A stretch of DNA of 59,706 nucleotides from positions 87,953,525 to 88,013,230 of the forward strand of contig NC_068990.1 in the NCBI RefSeq assembly GCF_001194135.2, in the 5' to 3' direction. Under the pieces are notes generated by a model. That model was given only the letters and a program-made list of their open reading frames with translations. It was not told the origin of the DNA and ran no database searches. Shown here piece after piece: positions 39,882 through 54,140 of this stretch; position 1 is the stretch's first letter; each line of letters begins with the position of its first letter. Position numbers and translations under genes: made by a program. The stretch is from Octopus bimaculoides (Eukaryota).

Positions 39882-40316
39882 GACAAAATCGCAGACTGCA
39901 ATATACACATGATCACAAAAATACAAATTTCCCAAATTTCCGGCAAGTCCCTGGGCCTCTCCATTCAGTTATTCCAGAAGCCTAAAGGGGTCAGGCTCCA
40001 TTAGGGGCCTACGAACCTTGAAATAGCACAAAACATGAATCAAACTGTTTCAAATAATATATACATATATATATATACATGCGAGCATACACACACACCT
40101 ACACACACATATATATACATAAGTATATAGGTTTGTGTGTGTGTGTTTATGTCCTTGTAACTTAGTGGTTCAGCAAAAAAGGACTGCTAAAATAAGTACC
40201 AGCTTCAAAAAAATGTACTGGCATTGATTCATTTAACTAAACCTCTTCAAGGCATTGCTCCAGCGTGGCTGCAGTCTATTGACTGAAACAAGCAAAAGAA
40301 ATAAAGGAATGTGTGT

Positions 40317-40390
<74 letters not shown>

Positions 40391-40447
40391 ATATGTATGC
40401 GCCTCTGGGTGTTTGTGCATAAAAAACAAGAATCTCTTTCATTCCAG

Positions 40448-40507
40448 ACAAACTCTGACTTCTTATTTTCCTGATAACATCTTATATAAAGATGATCCCA
40501 CATTCAG
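40448..40507 (+). CDS. Candidate coding exon (QTLTSYFPDNILYKDDPTF)
   Basis: gaatctctttcattccag|A...AG|gtgcaa; 60 nt, phase 2-2. Confidence 0.35.
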
Positions 40508-41639
40508 GTGCAAGCTGCTTCAATAACACTTCATGTGTCTGAAGAGAAGAATAGGTGCACTATAGCTAACTACAACACTACTGTTTACATCCAACTTTGC
40601 ATGGGAGGCACATTGAGTAGGTGGCTGCCGAGCGCACGTGTGTGCATATGTACACTTGAGTATATGCCTGAGCACTTGTAGGAAAACTGTATGTACACAC
40701 AGATACACATACACTCATATGAATAATGTAGATAAATGCATAAAACTATGTGTGTGTAGAAAGCAAACAGATATCACCATTTTACATCTGGGGTTTTTTT
40801 TTCTTTTACTACTTGCAAAGGTTTGACCATTTTTCTTTAACACAGTTTCCTGCTACTTGTTACATTCTTTGTCATCTCCTTTGTAAGGTTCAGCATCCCA
40901 AGGTTGCTTTTACAACTTCTACCCATGCCTTTTTTGGTCCTCCTGATTCCTTTCTGGTGAATCTTCTGGTTCTTTATTCATCTGTCATCATTCATCTGCA
41001 TTACATATTTGTACCAAAGCAGTCACCTCTCCTGCACACTACCTCTCATTCCTATCATACCCAGTTTGTCTCCCTGTTCATCTCTGATTCATTGTTCATG
41101 CACACAAACATTACACATTTGGTGCCAATGTCTCACTAACATGTAAGATTACAGTTCCTACAGAATCATCAGACAGTCTCTCTTTTGCTGGCAGTGAGAA
41201 TCCTCTGGAAACCAATTAATCTCAGGAAGAATTAATTAAAATCTTTGTCAACTGGAACATATATATATATATATAAAGATAGAATTTTGCTTAAGTATAT
41301 TTATGCTCTTGTGAAGAAATCCTAACTCATAAGGTGTCATATTTCATTGGAACGTCGCAGAATTTGGTCTCCCACATAACATGTATATATTAACTACTAG
41401 CATGTTTATATTAAAACTAGCATGCATCAACTGATTCAGATCTGTACTCAATGCATTGCATGCCGTATTGTTTCTCAAAATATATCAGGAATGTATCTTA
41501 ATTGCAGAAATCTAGCTAAAGTGGCAATAAAATTATACTTAGAGTGTTTCACTATAATATCTGTAGACTAGTGATTTAAGATTTATATAAGAATGTGTGT
41601 GTGTATGTGTGCATGTGTACATGTGTGCATGCATATATG

Positions 41640-41671
<32 letters not shown>

Positions 41672-42058
41672 NNNNNNNNNNNNNNNNNNNNNNNNNNNNN
41701 NNNNNNNNNNNNNNNNNNNNNNNNNNNNNNNNNNNNNNNNNNNNNNNNNNNNNNNNNNNNNNNNNNNNNNNNNNNNNNNNNNNNNNNNNNNNNNNNNNNN
41801 NNNNNNNNNNNNNNNNNNNNNNNNNNNNNNNNNNNNNNNNNNNNNNNNNNNNNNNNNNNNNNNNNNNNNNNNNNNNNNNNNNNNNNNNNNNNNNNNNNNN
41901 NNNNNNNNNNNNNNNNNNNNNNNNNNNNNNNNNNNNNNNNNNNNNNNNNNNNNNNNNNNNNNNNNNNNNNNNNNNNNNNNNNNNNNNNNNNNNNNNNNNN
42001 NNNNNNNNNNNNNNNNNNNNNNNNNNNNNNNNNNNNNNNNNNNNNNNNNNNNNNNNNN

Positions 42059-42093
<35 letters not shown>

Positions 42094-42220
42094 ACATAAT
42101 TGTTAAAGTTCACTTTTCCATGCTTGCATGAGTCAGATGAAATTTGTTGATGCAGATTTTCTACAGGCAGGTTTATATCACATGTACACACAAACACATA
42201 CATGAATATACACATATATA

Positions 42221-42260
<40 letters not shown>

Positions 42261-42289
42261 AAACATATATATAATATATATACATATAC

Positions 42290-42445
42290 AGTGGGTTTCT
42301 TTCAGTTTCCATCTAACAATTTCACTCACAAGGCTTTGATCAGCCTGGAATTGTAGTAGAAGACACTTGCTCAAAGTGCTATGCAATGGGACTGAACCTT
42401 AAACCACATGGTTGAGAAGCAGCAAGCTTCATGACCACAGAGCCA
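42290..42445 (-). mobile_element. SINE family A head
   Basis: ggtttctttcagtttccatct...cactcacaaggctttgatcagcc...gtagaagacacttgctcaaagtg...gggactgaacc. Confidence 0.8.
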
Positions 42446-42490
42446 GACTTTGGCTCTCAGTAACATAAGGCTATAGAGCGTTCCTCTGAG

Positions 42491-42559
42491 GATCCGATGT
42501 GGTTCAGCATCCAATTGCACTTGAAACATTCAGGGCAGAGGTGCACAACAGCCACAATG
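42491..42559 (+). CDS. Candidate coding exon (SDVVQHPIALETFRAEVHNSHN)
   Basis: ttcctctgag|...AAT G|gtgaaa; 69 nt, phase 1-1, GC-elevated. Confidence 0.35.
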
Positions 42560-42884
42560 GTGAAACATACATAAGCACAAATGATATAAACTTGTGTGTA
42601 TTGCAATTTCCTGTGCACACACACACACAAACACAAACACACATGTCCATGAGTGAAGTGGAGAACACTAATATGATGGCTTTGTATCACTTAATCAAAA
42701 GAGTCCTCACTAATCTATGACGTATTCAATCACACAAGTTATTGTGGCTGGGAATATGAATAGAAGTGTGATGACACAATGGAAATAGGTAGGTGAACTA
42801 AGTGAAGATTGCAAGAGTATGATGGTAGAAACTTTGTGATATACATACATGTGTATATGTGTATCCTTCACCGGCTTATTACAG

Positions 42885-42988
42885 TGAAGGATATAAACAT
42901 CAGGGAGAAAACTGTAAAGCTAATCCTTTATGAAGAAAATCCAATATATTTTCTACTACATCAGATTAAAGAGGTTGTCAAATACATG
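42885..42988 (+). CDS. Candidate coding exon (KDINIREKTVKLILYEENPIYFLLHQIKEVVKYM)
   Basis: ccggcttattacag|TG...ATG|gtaaca; 104 nt, single open frame, phase 1 to 0. Confidence 0.45.
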
Positions 42989-43235
42989 GTAACATGTATC
43001 CAACAACACTGTTTTTCACAAATTATGATAAAAAATAAAATAATAAAACTACATCAGACCAGCACAAGATTTGAACCTGTGGCCTGTGGCAAAGCAATTC
43101 AGTCTCTTACCCACTCGGCTACATCACAATTTTTTTTTTCTCCCTTCTGAGAGTTAAATTATTGTCTATACATGTTTCAATAATTTTCTGAGCCCTATTT
43201 TCTCAATATGAGTGAAAGCACTAACTATATGCTGC

Positions 43236-43355
43236 ATATGAATGAAGCAGCTATAGGATGTGTATGAATGAAGCAGCTATAGGATGTGTATGAATGAAGC
43301 AGCTATATGATGCATATATGAATGAAACAAGTAAATGGTGCAAGTATGAATGAAA
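43236..43355. repeat. 26-bp degenerate minisatellite (atgaatgaagcagctataggatgtgt), ~4-5 copies
   Basis: Direct tandem visible at 43238, 43264 and 43290, decaying afterwards. Confidence 0.85.
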
Positions 43356-43462
43356 ACAACTATATGCTATTCTTATTGATGTATTGAACTGATGCTTGGA
43401 ATAATAAATTTGTTTCGTTGCCTAAAGCTTTCATTTATATCTTCAATTTTTATCTCTACTAG

Positions 43463-43511
43463 ATTTCATGTGAAGGCACTCGATATCTATCTGACACGTT
43501 CATTATCCATG
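43463..43511 (+). CDS. Candidate coding exon (ISCEGTRYLSDTFIIH)
   Basis: aatttttatctctactag|ATT...CAT G|gtttgg; phase 0 start matches 42885-42988. Confidence 0.4.
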
Positions 43512-43584
43512 GTTTGGGGGCTGGCATATTATATTATATATTATATTATAATACATTATATCATATAATATCATTTTATGTTCA

Positions 43585-43634
43585 TATTATCATTATTATT
43601 ATTGTTGTTGTTGTTGTTACTATTATTATTATTA

Positions 43635-43687
<53 letters not shown>

Positions 43688-43699
43688 GTTATTATTATC

Positions 43700-43742
<43 letters not shown>
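43585..43742. repeat. (TAT)n microsatellite with TGT interruptions
   Basis: Direct tandem. Confidence 0.95.
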
Positions 43743-43743
<1 letters not shown>

Positions 43744-44220
43744 TGCTAATCTTTCTGAACAGCTTTTCTAACATGTGTGAAAAAAATATATGTTTATGTG
43801 TGTGTATATGTATATATCTCTATACACACACACACACACACACACATAGTGTGTACAACTTAAGAAATTTACTTCACATTTCTTATCTCCACAATGAAAT
43901 AAAATTGTTCTTTTCCACACTCTCTCAAGTTCTTTTCCTCCACATCTTTGAATAAATTCTCACATACGTGTGTGTGTGTGTGTGTGTGTGTGTGCACACG
44001 CACATTTTGCAATATAACTTTGTACTTGAAACAAAAATAGTAGGGCTATAATACAGTAATGTAATCTAATAACCGTGTATGACTATCTATGCAAAGTACA
44101 CTACATAGGAAATATTAATGTAATATTAATATTAAAATATTAATTTACCCCAGACACAAGTGTGCTTTTGATACTTCTTATCTTTATCAGAGAAGAGAAG
44201 TAATTATGTTGATATAACAG

Positions 44221-44263
<43 letters not shown>

Positions 44264-45034
44264 TTTGTGTTTGTGTGGCTCTACCACAAAAGATAGGTAC
44301 ACTTAATACTCAATTTTAAAATGAATAATCGCATTTCATACAGTGTTTTGAATGTATTTTCTTACATCAATATTAAATTGCATAAATAAACAGCATGTGT
44401 GTTTGTGTGTGTGTGTGTGTACACATGCATATATGTATATACACACACACATACATGCATATATCTATATATTTATATGTCATCAGCATCATCATGAGAA
44501 GGAATTTGTTGGGGTAGATTTTCTATAGCCAGGTGCCCTTCCTGTTGTCAGCTCCACTCGTTAGCTAATGTTTCCCCATGGTATAACATGTTTTCATGGA
44601 CGATAGGCAATGAAGAACACAGCCTGTATAATAGTGATATTTGTGTATTACTAAAAAACACAATGTCAAGACAAAGTAACACACACACACGCTCCAATAT
44701 ATATCTGTATGACAGGCTTGTTGCAGTTTCCATTTATCATTCTTAAGGTTTTGGTGGGCCAGTATTATAGTAGAAGACTAACCAAAAATGTTATGCAGTG
44801 AGACTGAACACAAAGCTATGGGGTTAGAAAGCAAATATTTTTACTTAATAGTCTTACTTGCAAGCTTGGCTGTGAGGTTAAGAATTTTGCTTTGGAACCA
44901 TGTGATAGTTGATCATGCCACTGTGTAAGTGTTGTAGGATAACTTTCTTTACTATATCCACAGATTGACCAATATCTTGTGAGTTGATTTGATAAATAGA
45001 TACTGAAGAAGCCTGTTGTATCTATCTATCTATC

Positions 45035-45065
<31 letters not shown>

Positions 45066-47841
45066 AATATATGAGTATATGCATATATATGTACATGTAT
45101 GTATATACGTTCATCTACATGTACATATAGATACATAACTGGGTACATGACATGGCAAAAGAACAAGGACAAAATGGTAAACAAGGTGCAACAAACAAGC
45201 AGGCCACATAGAAACATCCCCTTCATCAGCTGCCACCATTAAAACTCCGGCGTTTCGAAAAATTAATGAATGTATGTATGTATGTATCAAAAGGGTGTGT
45301 TATAATACTATTCCACATATACAAAAACAGCCATACCAACAATCCAACATACCTCCATCATCAGCTGCCCCCACGGATATCATTATGGTTTCGACACCTG
45401 GGCAGTACTGTTCAATCCGACAGTGTCATCAGCACGAAAATAAGTGTTGTTTGAGAACAAACATACCAAAGAAACCACAACTTTCAAACACATTTATCCT
45501 ATGTACAGCAGTATCGGTAAAGAAATTCAAGAAGTAAATCTGCAATCAACTCCTAAATATGTAACTAAACAGCGAGCAAATCTTTAAGTCATACAACAAT
45601 ATTCCCTACAGTCTTCCATGTATGTATGTATGTATGTATGTATGTATGTACGTATGTGTGTGTGTGAATGATTTTTTAATTTGTCTTTGTCTTTATTTGT
45701 GTTTACTGACTGTAAGCAAACAGCAGCCTCCTTGTCAATACAGGTGGTGTCATCTGCTTGCATAGTTATGAATCAAAAGGATCATAAATTGTGTCCAGGT
45801 TGTTCATTGTGAGACAGATGAGAGGATTATTACCTTGTTTAGAAGCAGATGAGGGTTGTCAACATGAAGGGCATCCAACTATAGAAAATCTGCTTCAACA
45901 AATTCTGTCTGACCCAAGCATGCGTAGAAAAGTGGACATTAAAACTGATAGTGTTGTAATATAATAATGTTATATGTCTGATATTTGAGTGAAGAAAGCT
46001 TTAAGATATATGTGTGGGGGTGGAGAAGGCATGTGCCCTGCTGGTGAGGATGTTGAGCTCAGTATCATTAGGAGAGAGATGTGTACTGCCTGAACCAGGT
46101 GGCACATGTTGTTACCTTGAACAAAGCACTTCATATCACTTGACTCCAGTCTACTCAACTGAAAACAAATACCTTCCGTCTGTTGGTGCAATTCTCTCTC
46201 CATCCAGTTATCTTATCTTGGATGCTCCACTGGGACAAGGGTGAGAGAGTTAAGTGGGTATCTGCGATCTGCTTGGGACTACATAGGCACTTAAAACAGT
46301 GAAAGCATGGTATATGCTTGCTTGTAAAGGATAGATATGCTTTGGTTTTCATACATACATACATACATACATACATAGATACTACATACATACATACATA
46401 CATACATACATACTACATACATACATACACACATGCACGACGCACACATATATACATACATGTATACATAAATACATGCATACACACACACACACACACA
46501 CATTGATAGGGTTGATAATCTTCTAAAATTGTAGCATATATATTGTACTGCAACCTCATGTCTGCTCTAGAAACATTGCATTCAACAAGGTTCTTCGAAA
46601 TATAGTCGCATATGAGTGTGTGTGTGTGTGTGTGTATTATCATCATCATCATCATCAATCTGAAAGACTGATGAATGACATATAGATAGCAATGCCCCCA
46701 GCTTGGCCACAGGGTTATGACTGACACCAAAAAAAGAAAAGAATACAAGGTCTCACATAAGACAAGTTTCTCACAAACTGATCTTGTAAAACATCGAGTT
46801 GAGTGTGTTTAGTTATCTGAAGTGTTGTTCAGCTCCAGGCCCACCCCAAAGAAGCAGGTCTATGATATAGGCTATTCCAAACATGACCACTACATCTTGT
46901 TTTCAGGAATACTTTATGCAGACTTGTTCTACATCTTTCAAAAGACATTAACATATGATTTGAGATATTTAACTGCTATTTTTAACACCTGAAGGGACTG
47001 CACTGCAGGCCTCACATTTCCCAGCCACCAAAAATAAAACATATACATATATATGCAGGCAACCATATTCACACACAGGCACCTACACACTAATATACAT
47101 TCATATACATAAAACACATTTGTGTACACAGGCACTCACACATACACACATACACGTCTACATGCACATACACTTCTACACACACATACTTACATACACT
47201 TCTATATGCATATATACCCATGCTTCTATAGTTGTAAATTGGAAACTTATTAATAATTATCCATAGAAAGATAAATAAATTAATTACATTATAAAAATTA
47301 CATTTATGAAATATTCAGAAGCAACTTTAGCAATTATGCTGACTATAATGGTTTAGCATGTTTTAGCTATTGTGACTAAGACCATGCTTGTGTCAAGAAA
47401 CTTGCTTTAAGTTTTTGTATTAAAATCTCTAGGATTAAATAATTATACTCAATGAATAGAATAATATAACATACACACACACACACATACATACACATTC
47501 ATATGTGTTGATACAAATGTACACAAATATACAAAGATTTACAGATACACAGACACTCATTTAATGTACACACATTTACAAACACAAGCATACACTTACA
47601 CAGATATACATGCTTACATTTGCAAACTTATGTACACACTTACACAAACGTACACAGACACACTCATGCAAGCACTCAAATGACACACATTGCAACACAT
47701 GTATATTCAAGCACACACACACACAGACTTTCATTCACCTATACCTTCATACACATTCAACATTATAAAACGTTTCTACCGTTTCAAACCTTCAAAAACT
47801 TTTATATTCTTCATAAAATTTGTTTACATTGCAATGTTTTA

Positions 47842-47890
<49 letters not shown>

Positions 47891-48793
47891 AGGGACTTAT
47901 TTAATTAATTTCAATGCTGTTAATAAATGATCTTGACATTAAGATTCAGAAACTTAATTAAGACAGGACCTTATGGAGTACTTTCGAAGTTACGAATATT
48001 TGAAAATGTGCATAAATTTTAATTGGAAATCTATTTGACTTAGTCTGCTTGTATAACAGTTTTAATTAGATTTTTCTGGGATTTTCTGATGAGCAAGTTA
48101 ACTTCCATAATTATCTTAGAAAAAAATTGGAATTTGATAAAATAATGATGATTTCTGGCAAAAAGACAAGGCCACAAATTTGTGGAGAGGACCATTTAAA
48201 TGTGTCTGATACTCTGATTCCGACACTCCATCACTTCTATAAATTGTTTCTAATTGAGGCACTATCAGCAATTTTTGAGGGCAGAAAAAAAGCAGTTGAT
48301 CACATTGCTCCCTCTCCAAGACATGCCTGGCACTTATTTCATCAACAATGGAGGGACAAACAGCAAAGTTGACCTCCACAGGATATGAGCTCACAGCATA
48401 ATGAGTCGTAATTAAATACCACAAGACAAATAATGTTAATAGAGGCAGACACATACAAATAGAAACACACATGCACACACATACACATATGTTCAACAGG
48501 TCTCCACTCAGTTTTTCTCCACTAGTTTCACTCACAGGGCAAATCAGTAGTTGCCCAAAATGCCATGCAGTGAGATTGAACCCAAGACCAAGAGGTTGGG
48601 AAGTGAATTCTTAACTGCAAAGTTACAGCCATGCCTTATGATTCTTTCATTGTTTTGGTAGTGTTTCCAATATATTTCAGTATTTTAATAAATTTTCTAT
48701 TTATTTATTCATATATATATTAATGAGATCAAGTATAATGGCTGTGTAGTTCAGAGGGTAAAATACTGTCCATATGGTCATGAATTTAAACAT

Positions 48794-48850
<57 letters not shown>

Positions 48851-49834
48851 AGCTGTTGTACTGATGGTTTTATTGTTGTTGTTATTGTTGTTTAACTGCA
48901 GGTCACCCCTGATCAAACAGACATGATCACAATCAAAAGCATTCCAAAGACATCCAGTCCTTTCATGTATCTTGAACCAAATTGTTTTTATGTATTTGTC
49001 TATATTAGGCATGGGGAGGGGTGGGGTGATTCCAGAGGGAGATTTGGCAGCTATTTTTAGCATGTCAAGTAATTGTTTAAGGAATCCCTCATTGGTTTGT
49101 AATTTTATTGTCTGATCAGCTCTATTCAGTATTTCTGTTTATTGTAAGCAATTTCTTCAGGTTGTTTTTATTATTTTTCTGTTTTAATTGCATGCGAGAT
49201 TATATTAGTATTTGATCTACTCTTACTAAAAGCTCCCATTATTTAAAAATGTTCCCTTTGTTGTTTGAAGCTAAGTTAAAAATACCATTACTCTTGGGAA
49301 ACATGAGGCTGATGAATCAATTTCAATAGTTCGAAATAGTGATTACAAACCATTAAGTCTCTGTTTCAATTCCCACTGTCTCCCCCACTATGACAAAAAA
49401 AAGGAATGGCATGGTGGGGGATTATATTTATTGACTAACAGTCACGAATGGGTTTTATAAAATTGTTATTATTATTACTATCGTCATTATCATCACCATA
49501 CTAATCGTCATTATAATCCCACCATCATCACTGACTTTATTATCATCACCATCATCATCAGCATTTTTACTGCTATAATCATAACCAGCATTATTATCAT
49601 ATTATTATCATCTTCACTATCACCATTACTCTATCATCATTATCACCATCATCATCAGCATTGTCGTTGTTATCATCATCATCATCACCATCGTCATTAT
49701 AATCATGATCATTGCCACTATCATTATCATCAACTCTTGAATTTGTATTTGATTATGTGAAATGACATCTTTCACATTTGTACTCCACTACAGAAGCTTA
49801 GACATAAAATGGTTGTGTGGATGATGCATTGGAC

Positions 49835-50158
49835 CATAGGTTCTCAAAGTGGGCGCTACCGGCCGCTGGTGAGCATTGAAAGGGTTCAGGTGGGTGCTGG
49901 TGTCTTGGGGGGGGGGGGCTTGGTAGAGAAAAAGGAGGCATTGGGAGGAAGGCAATGGATTGGGGGACGCTATGTATTTATAATATTATTATAGTATTGT
50001 ATACAAATTATATAATATTATATTAAATATCAAATGATTCATAGTATATATAAATTGCTAAAATATAAAATACTTATTTATACATAAAAATAGGGGTGGG
50101 AGTGCTGAGGGTATTATGTGGCCATGAGGGGAGCAGTGACCCAAAAAGTTGGACTCTG
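49835..50158. mobile_element. Decayed hAT-type MITE
   Basis: Left end cataggttctcaaagtgggcgctacc and right end gagcagtgacccaaaaagttggactctg resemble CAGGGGTTCTCAAA...TTTGGGAACCCCTG hAT MITE termini (recalled); TSD not evident. Confidence 0.45.
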
Positions 50159-50264
50159 ATCTGATCTACATTGGACCCTAATCTGACCTCCAGTTCAAAT
50201 CCACTGAACTCATTTGAATTGGTCCAAAAGACTCCTGTCAGCTATTTAATCAGACATGAATAAA

Positions 50265-50720
<456 letters not shown>

Positions 50721-52210
50721 ATGACAAGTACAATGATGACAAGTACAACAATGGAGGTAGTTATAGTGGTGGTGACAGTGTTGGTGGTGGTGTCTTCAAA
50801 TATTCAGTGTACCAATTGTAATGTGTATTCATCATTTAGTATATTACATGCAAAATATTTTGATATACTAAATATAAAAATAATCACAAGTTTATCACAC
50901 AGTCACTTATTTCTATAAATTCTTATTAATAAAAAATATTTAGTATACCAAATTTATATAAAAATATATTAAAGTATTTAGTATGTTAAAGATATATTGA
51001 AATACTAAGCATACAAATGTATGATTAATTCCTTAAAAAGATACATATACATAGATTTAGTGTGGAACAAAAATCAGAAGCTGGCATGGAGTGAGTCCTA
51101 AGTTGTTAACATTAAGGTATGAATATCAAATTGAGGCATTGATATAATCTTCCATAAGATCCTTACAGATTTCAGTTAATACCATTTTTGTGATACTAGG
51201 AATAAACAACTTACAGTCACATCTGGATTTACTCAGAACGAGCACATTTGCATAATTTATGTAGATAGTGATGTGCAAGATAGCATGTACAAGGTACCTC
51301 AATGAACTGGAATATATATTTGTCCCTTAGTTGGAAAAAGAAACAAAATCTAATAGCAATTGATATATTTTTGGCTGAAATATTTCCTGACACTAAAAGG
51401 AGCTCAAACAGCTCTGGTGTTTGTGATGTAGTTAAGGTTGTCTTATATGTTTGTGTGTATGTGTGTATATATACATACACACATGCATATATGCACTCAG
51501 ATATACATATGTACTCACACACACACAGAGGATTGATTATCTTTGGCATAATTGACAGTATGCTCCTAACAGTTTCATGACAAACATAATCATTCACACA
51601 CCATGTTTCAACCGTCTCTTGAAAACATTGTTGATACATGAGGCCTGAACAGTGTCATCAACATGAAACTATTAGTATCCTACTGTGTTTAATTTGTATT
51701 GTTTTATTTTCAACCACATTACTCTCCATTTTTACAGCAAGTGATATATTCTTTGACATTGTTAATCAATATCATTATGATGTATACATACATATATTAG
51801 GCCTTATATACAGGTCTCACACATATATATATATATATACTTACATTATGTGTGTGTGTATAAAAATGTGATTTTACATTATTTGTATTTCCTTCTGGTT
51901 GGCTCTTTCATATTCATTTTGGAAGTGGGGTAAATACGCAACACCAATGAGCTGCAAAATATCGATATTTGTCGTTCTCCTTCACTTCTGGGATAATTTT
52001 GTTTCATTTAGTTTTGAATTATACCGTGCTTTTTAATTCCATGCATCTTTAAAGGGGCCTCCCTTAGATGAAACTCCACTACTACTAGCTAATTATCAGA
52101 TCCTTTATAAACATGTAATAACTAGTTATTAAAATAGAAAAATTATCAGAAAAGTAATTTCTATTCATTTTTCAAATATGTAATACTGTAACAAGGACTT
52201 TCTATTTCTT

Positions 52211-52639
52211 AGGAGTGGCTGTGTGGTAAGTAGCTTGCTTACCAACCACATGGTTCCGGGTTCAGTCCCACTGCGTGGCACCTTGGGCAAGTGTCTTCTA
52301 CTATAGCCTCGGGCCGACCAAAGCCTTGTGAGTGGATTTGGTAGACGGAAACTGAAAGAAGCCTGTCGTATNNNNNNNNNNNNNNNNNNNNNNNNNNNNN
52401 NNNNNNNNNNNNNNNNNNNNNNNNNNNNNNNNNNNNNNNNNNNNNNNNNNNNNNNNNNNNNNNNNNNNNNNNNNNNNNNNNNNNNNNNNNNNNNNNNNNN
52501 NNNNNNNNNNNNNNNNNNAGAATAAGTACTAGGCTTACAAAGAATAAGTCCTGGGGTCGATTTGCTCGACTAAAGGTGGTGCTCCAGCATGGCCACAGTC
52601 AAATGACTGAAACAAGTAAAAGAGTAAAAGAGTAAAAGA

Positions 52640-52642
<3 letters not shown>
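52211..52642 (+). mobile_element. Young full-length tRNA-derived SINE, family A (spans an N gap)
   Basis: CpG-retaining copy: aggagtggctgtgtggtaagtagc...ggttccgggttcagtcccactgcgtggcaccttgggcaagtgtc...; tail ends in (AAGAGTA)n. Confidence 0.9.
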
Positions 52643-52681
<39 letters not shown>

Positions 52682-53790
52682 GTTTATGGGGGAGCAATTC
52701 ACGAGGGGAAGATCGATAAAGATTTTGGGCTAGCATCTATATAATGACATTTAGAGAGAAGGGGAGGATACTGATAGACAAAGAGAAAGTTTGACTTCTG
52801 TGGAGTAATGGTTTGTATAGTTGCCTGGTAAGTAACGGAGGAGCACTGTGATTGATATTACTGACTTTGTTAGTTTTCAATTTCCGGTGGAGTTTACACA
52901 TGTTTAAGCATGTGCTGTTTCATATACAAACAAACTCACATGGAAATGAATCACTGATGATTCCTTCTATGACTTCCAGTTATTTTATCAGTAGAACAGC
53001 CTATTCATTGAATTAGTATATCCACTGAGTATTCCACAGACACATGAAGCCTTTACATTATTGTCAGGGAGAACTGAAATGCTAGTGTTGACTTTTTCAA
53101 ATATCAGGCACAGTCCATTGGACAAGCTTTCAAACACATTGTCTCCACCCAATTTCATTCATAAAGATTTCATTTAAAGTGAGAACATTGTAAAATACAT
53201 TCACCCAAGATATTATACACTGGAAGTGAACTACTTAACCATTCAACCTGCAACCACTCACTCATAGTCATTCATACATGTATTATAGATGTGTGTGTAT
53301 ATATATATATCGTATTGGAGTTGATTGATGATATCAAAGACCATATCACTCAATACAGAAATGCAAAGTAATATATTTAGATATGAAACAATTCAAATTA
53401 AACACAGTAGGCTACTGATAGTTTCATGTTGATGGCCTCATGTCTCAACAGTGTTTTCAAAAGACAGTTGAAACATGGGGTGTGAAAGATTACATTTACC
53501 ATGAAACTATTAGAAACACTCTGCCAAAGACAATCAATCATGTGTGTGTATATATATATATAAGTAAATATTTTATTATCTCAGTTTTATTTGGCTCTAT
53601 TCCTACTTATATCCTAACTCTAAATTTCCACATTATATTTGGTTAAATATGCAATACTAAAGTGTAAGTGTTCTATGTGACATAGACACGGTGTCCTAAT
53701 AGTAATGGTAACATGGGATACATTTAAAGCATCTCTTAAATTTTGAGGGTGCATGTGCGTGTGTGTGTGTGTGTCTGTGTGTGTGACTAT

Positions 53791-54140
53791 GACACATGGC
53801 TGTGTGGTAAGAAGCTTGTTTCCCAACCATATAGTTCTGGGCTCAGTCCCACTGCATGTCACCTTGGACAAGTGTCTTCTACTATAGCCTCAGGCTGACC
53901 AAAGCTTGTGAGTAGATGGAAACTGAAAGAAGCCCATCATCATCGTCATCATTATCATCATGTTTTGTTCCCCACACAGCTTGACAATTGGTGTTGGTGA
54001 GTTTGTGTCCCTGTAACTTAGTGGTTCAGCAAAAGAGACCGGTAGAATAAGTATCAAGCTTATAAAGAAATAAGTAATGGGGTCAATTCATTTGACTAAA
54101 AACCTTTCAAGGTGGTGCCCCAGCATGGCCACAGTCCAAT
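53791..54140 (+). mobile_element. SINE family A copy
   Basis: Same head and tail modules as 52211-52642, with a (CAT)n centre. Confidence 0.8.

Noticed and set aside
46208-46240. + strand exon-like segment ending G|gtgaga
   Set aside because: It lies inside a decayed SINE (46060-46330).
48116-48535. 139-aa and 81-aa overlapping ORFs
   Set aside because: They overlap two decayed family B SINE remnants and a (CA)n tract.
48085-49330. Other CTGATGA occurrences (e.g. ~48086, ~49309; also ~31135, ~33836)
   Set aside because: No G-C-closed stem II followed by GAAA and no stem I, so not hammerheads.
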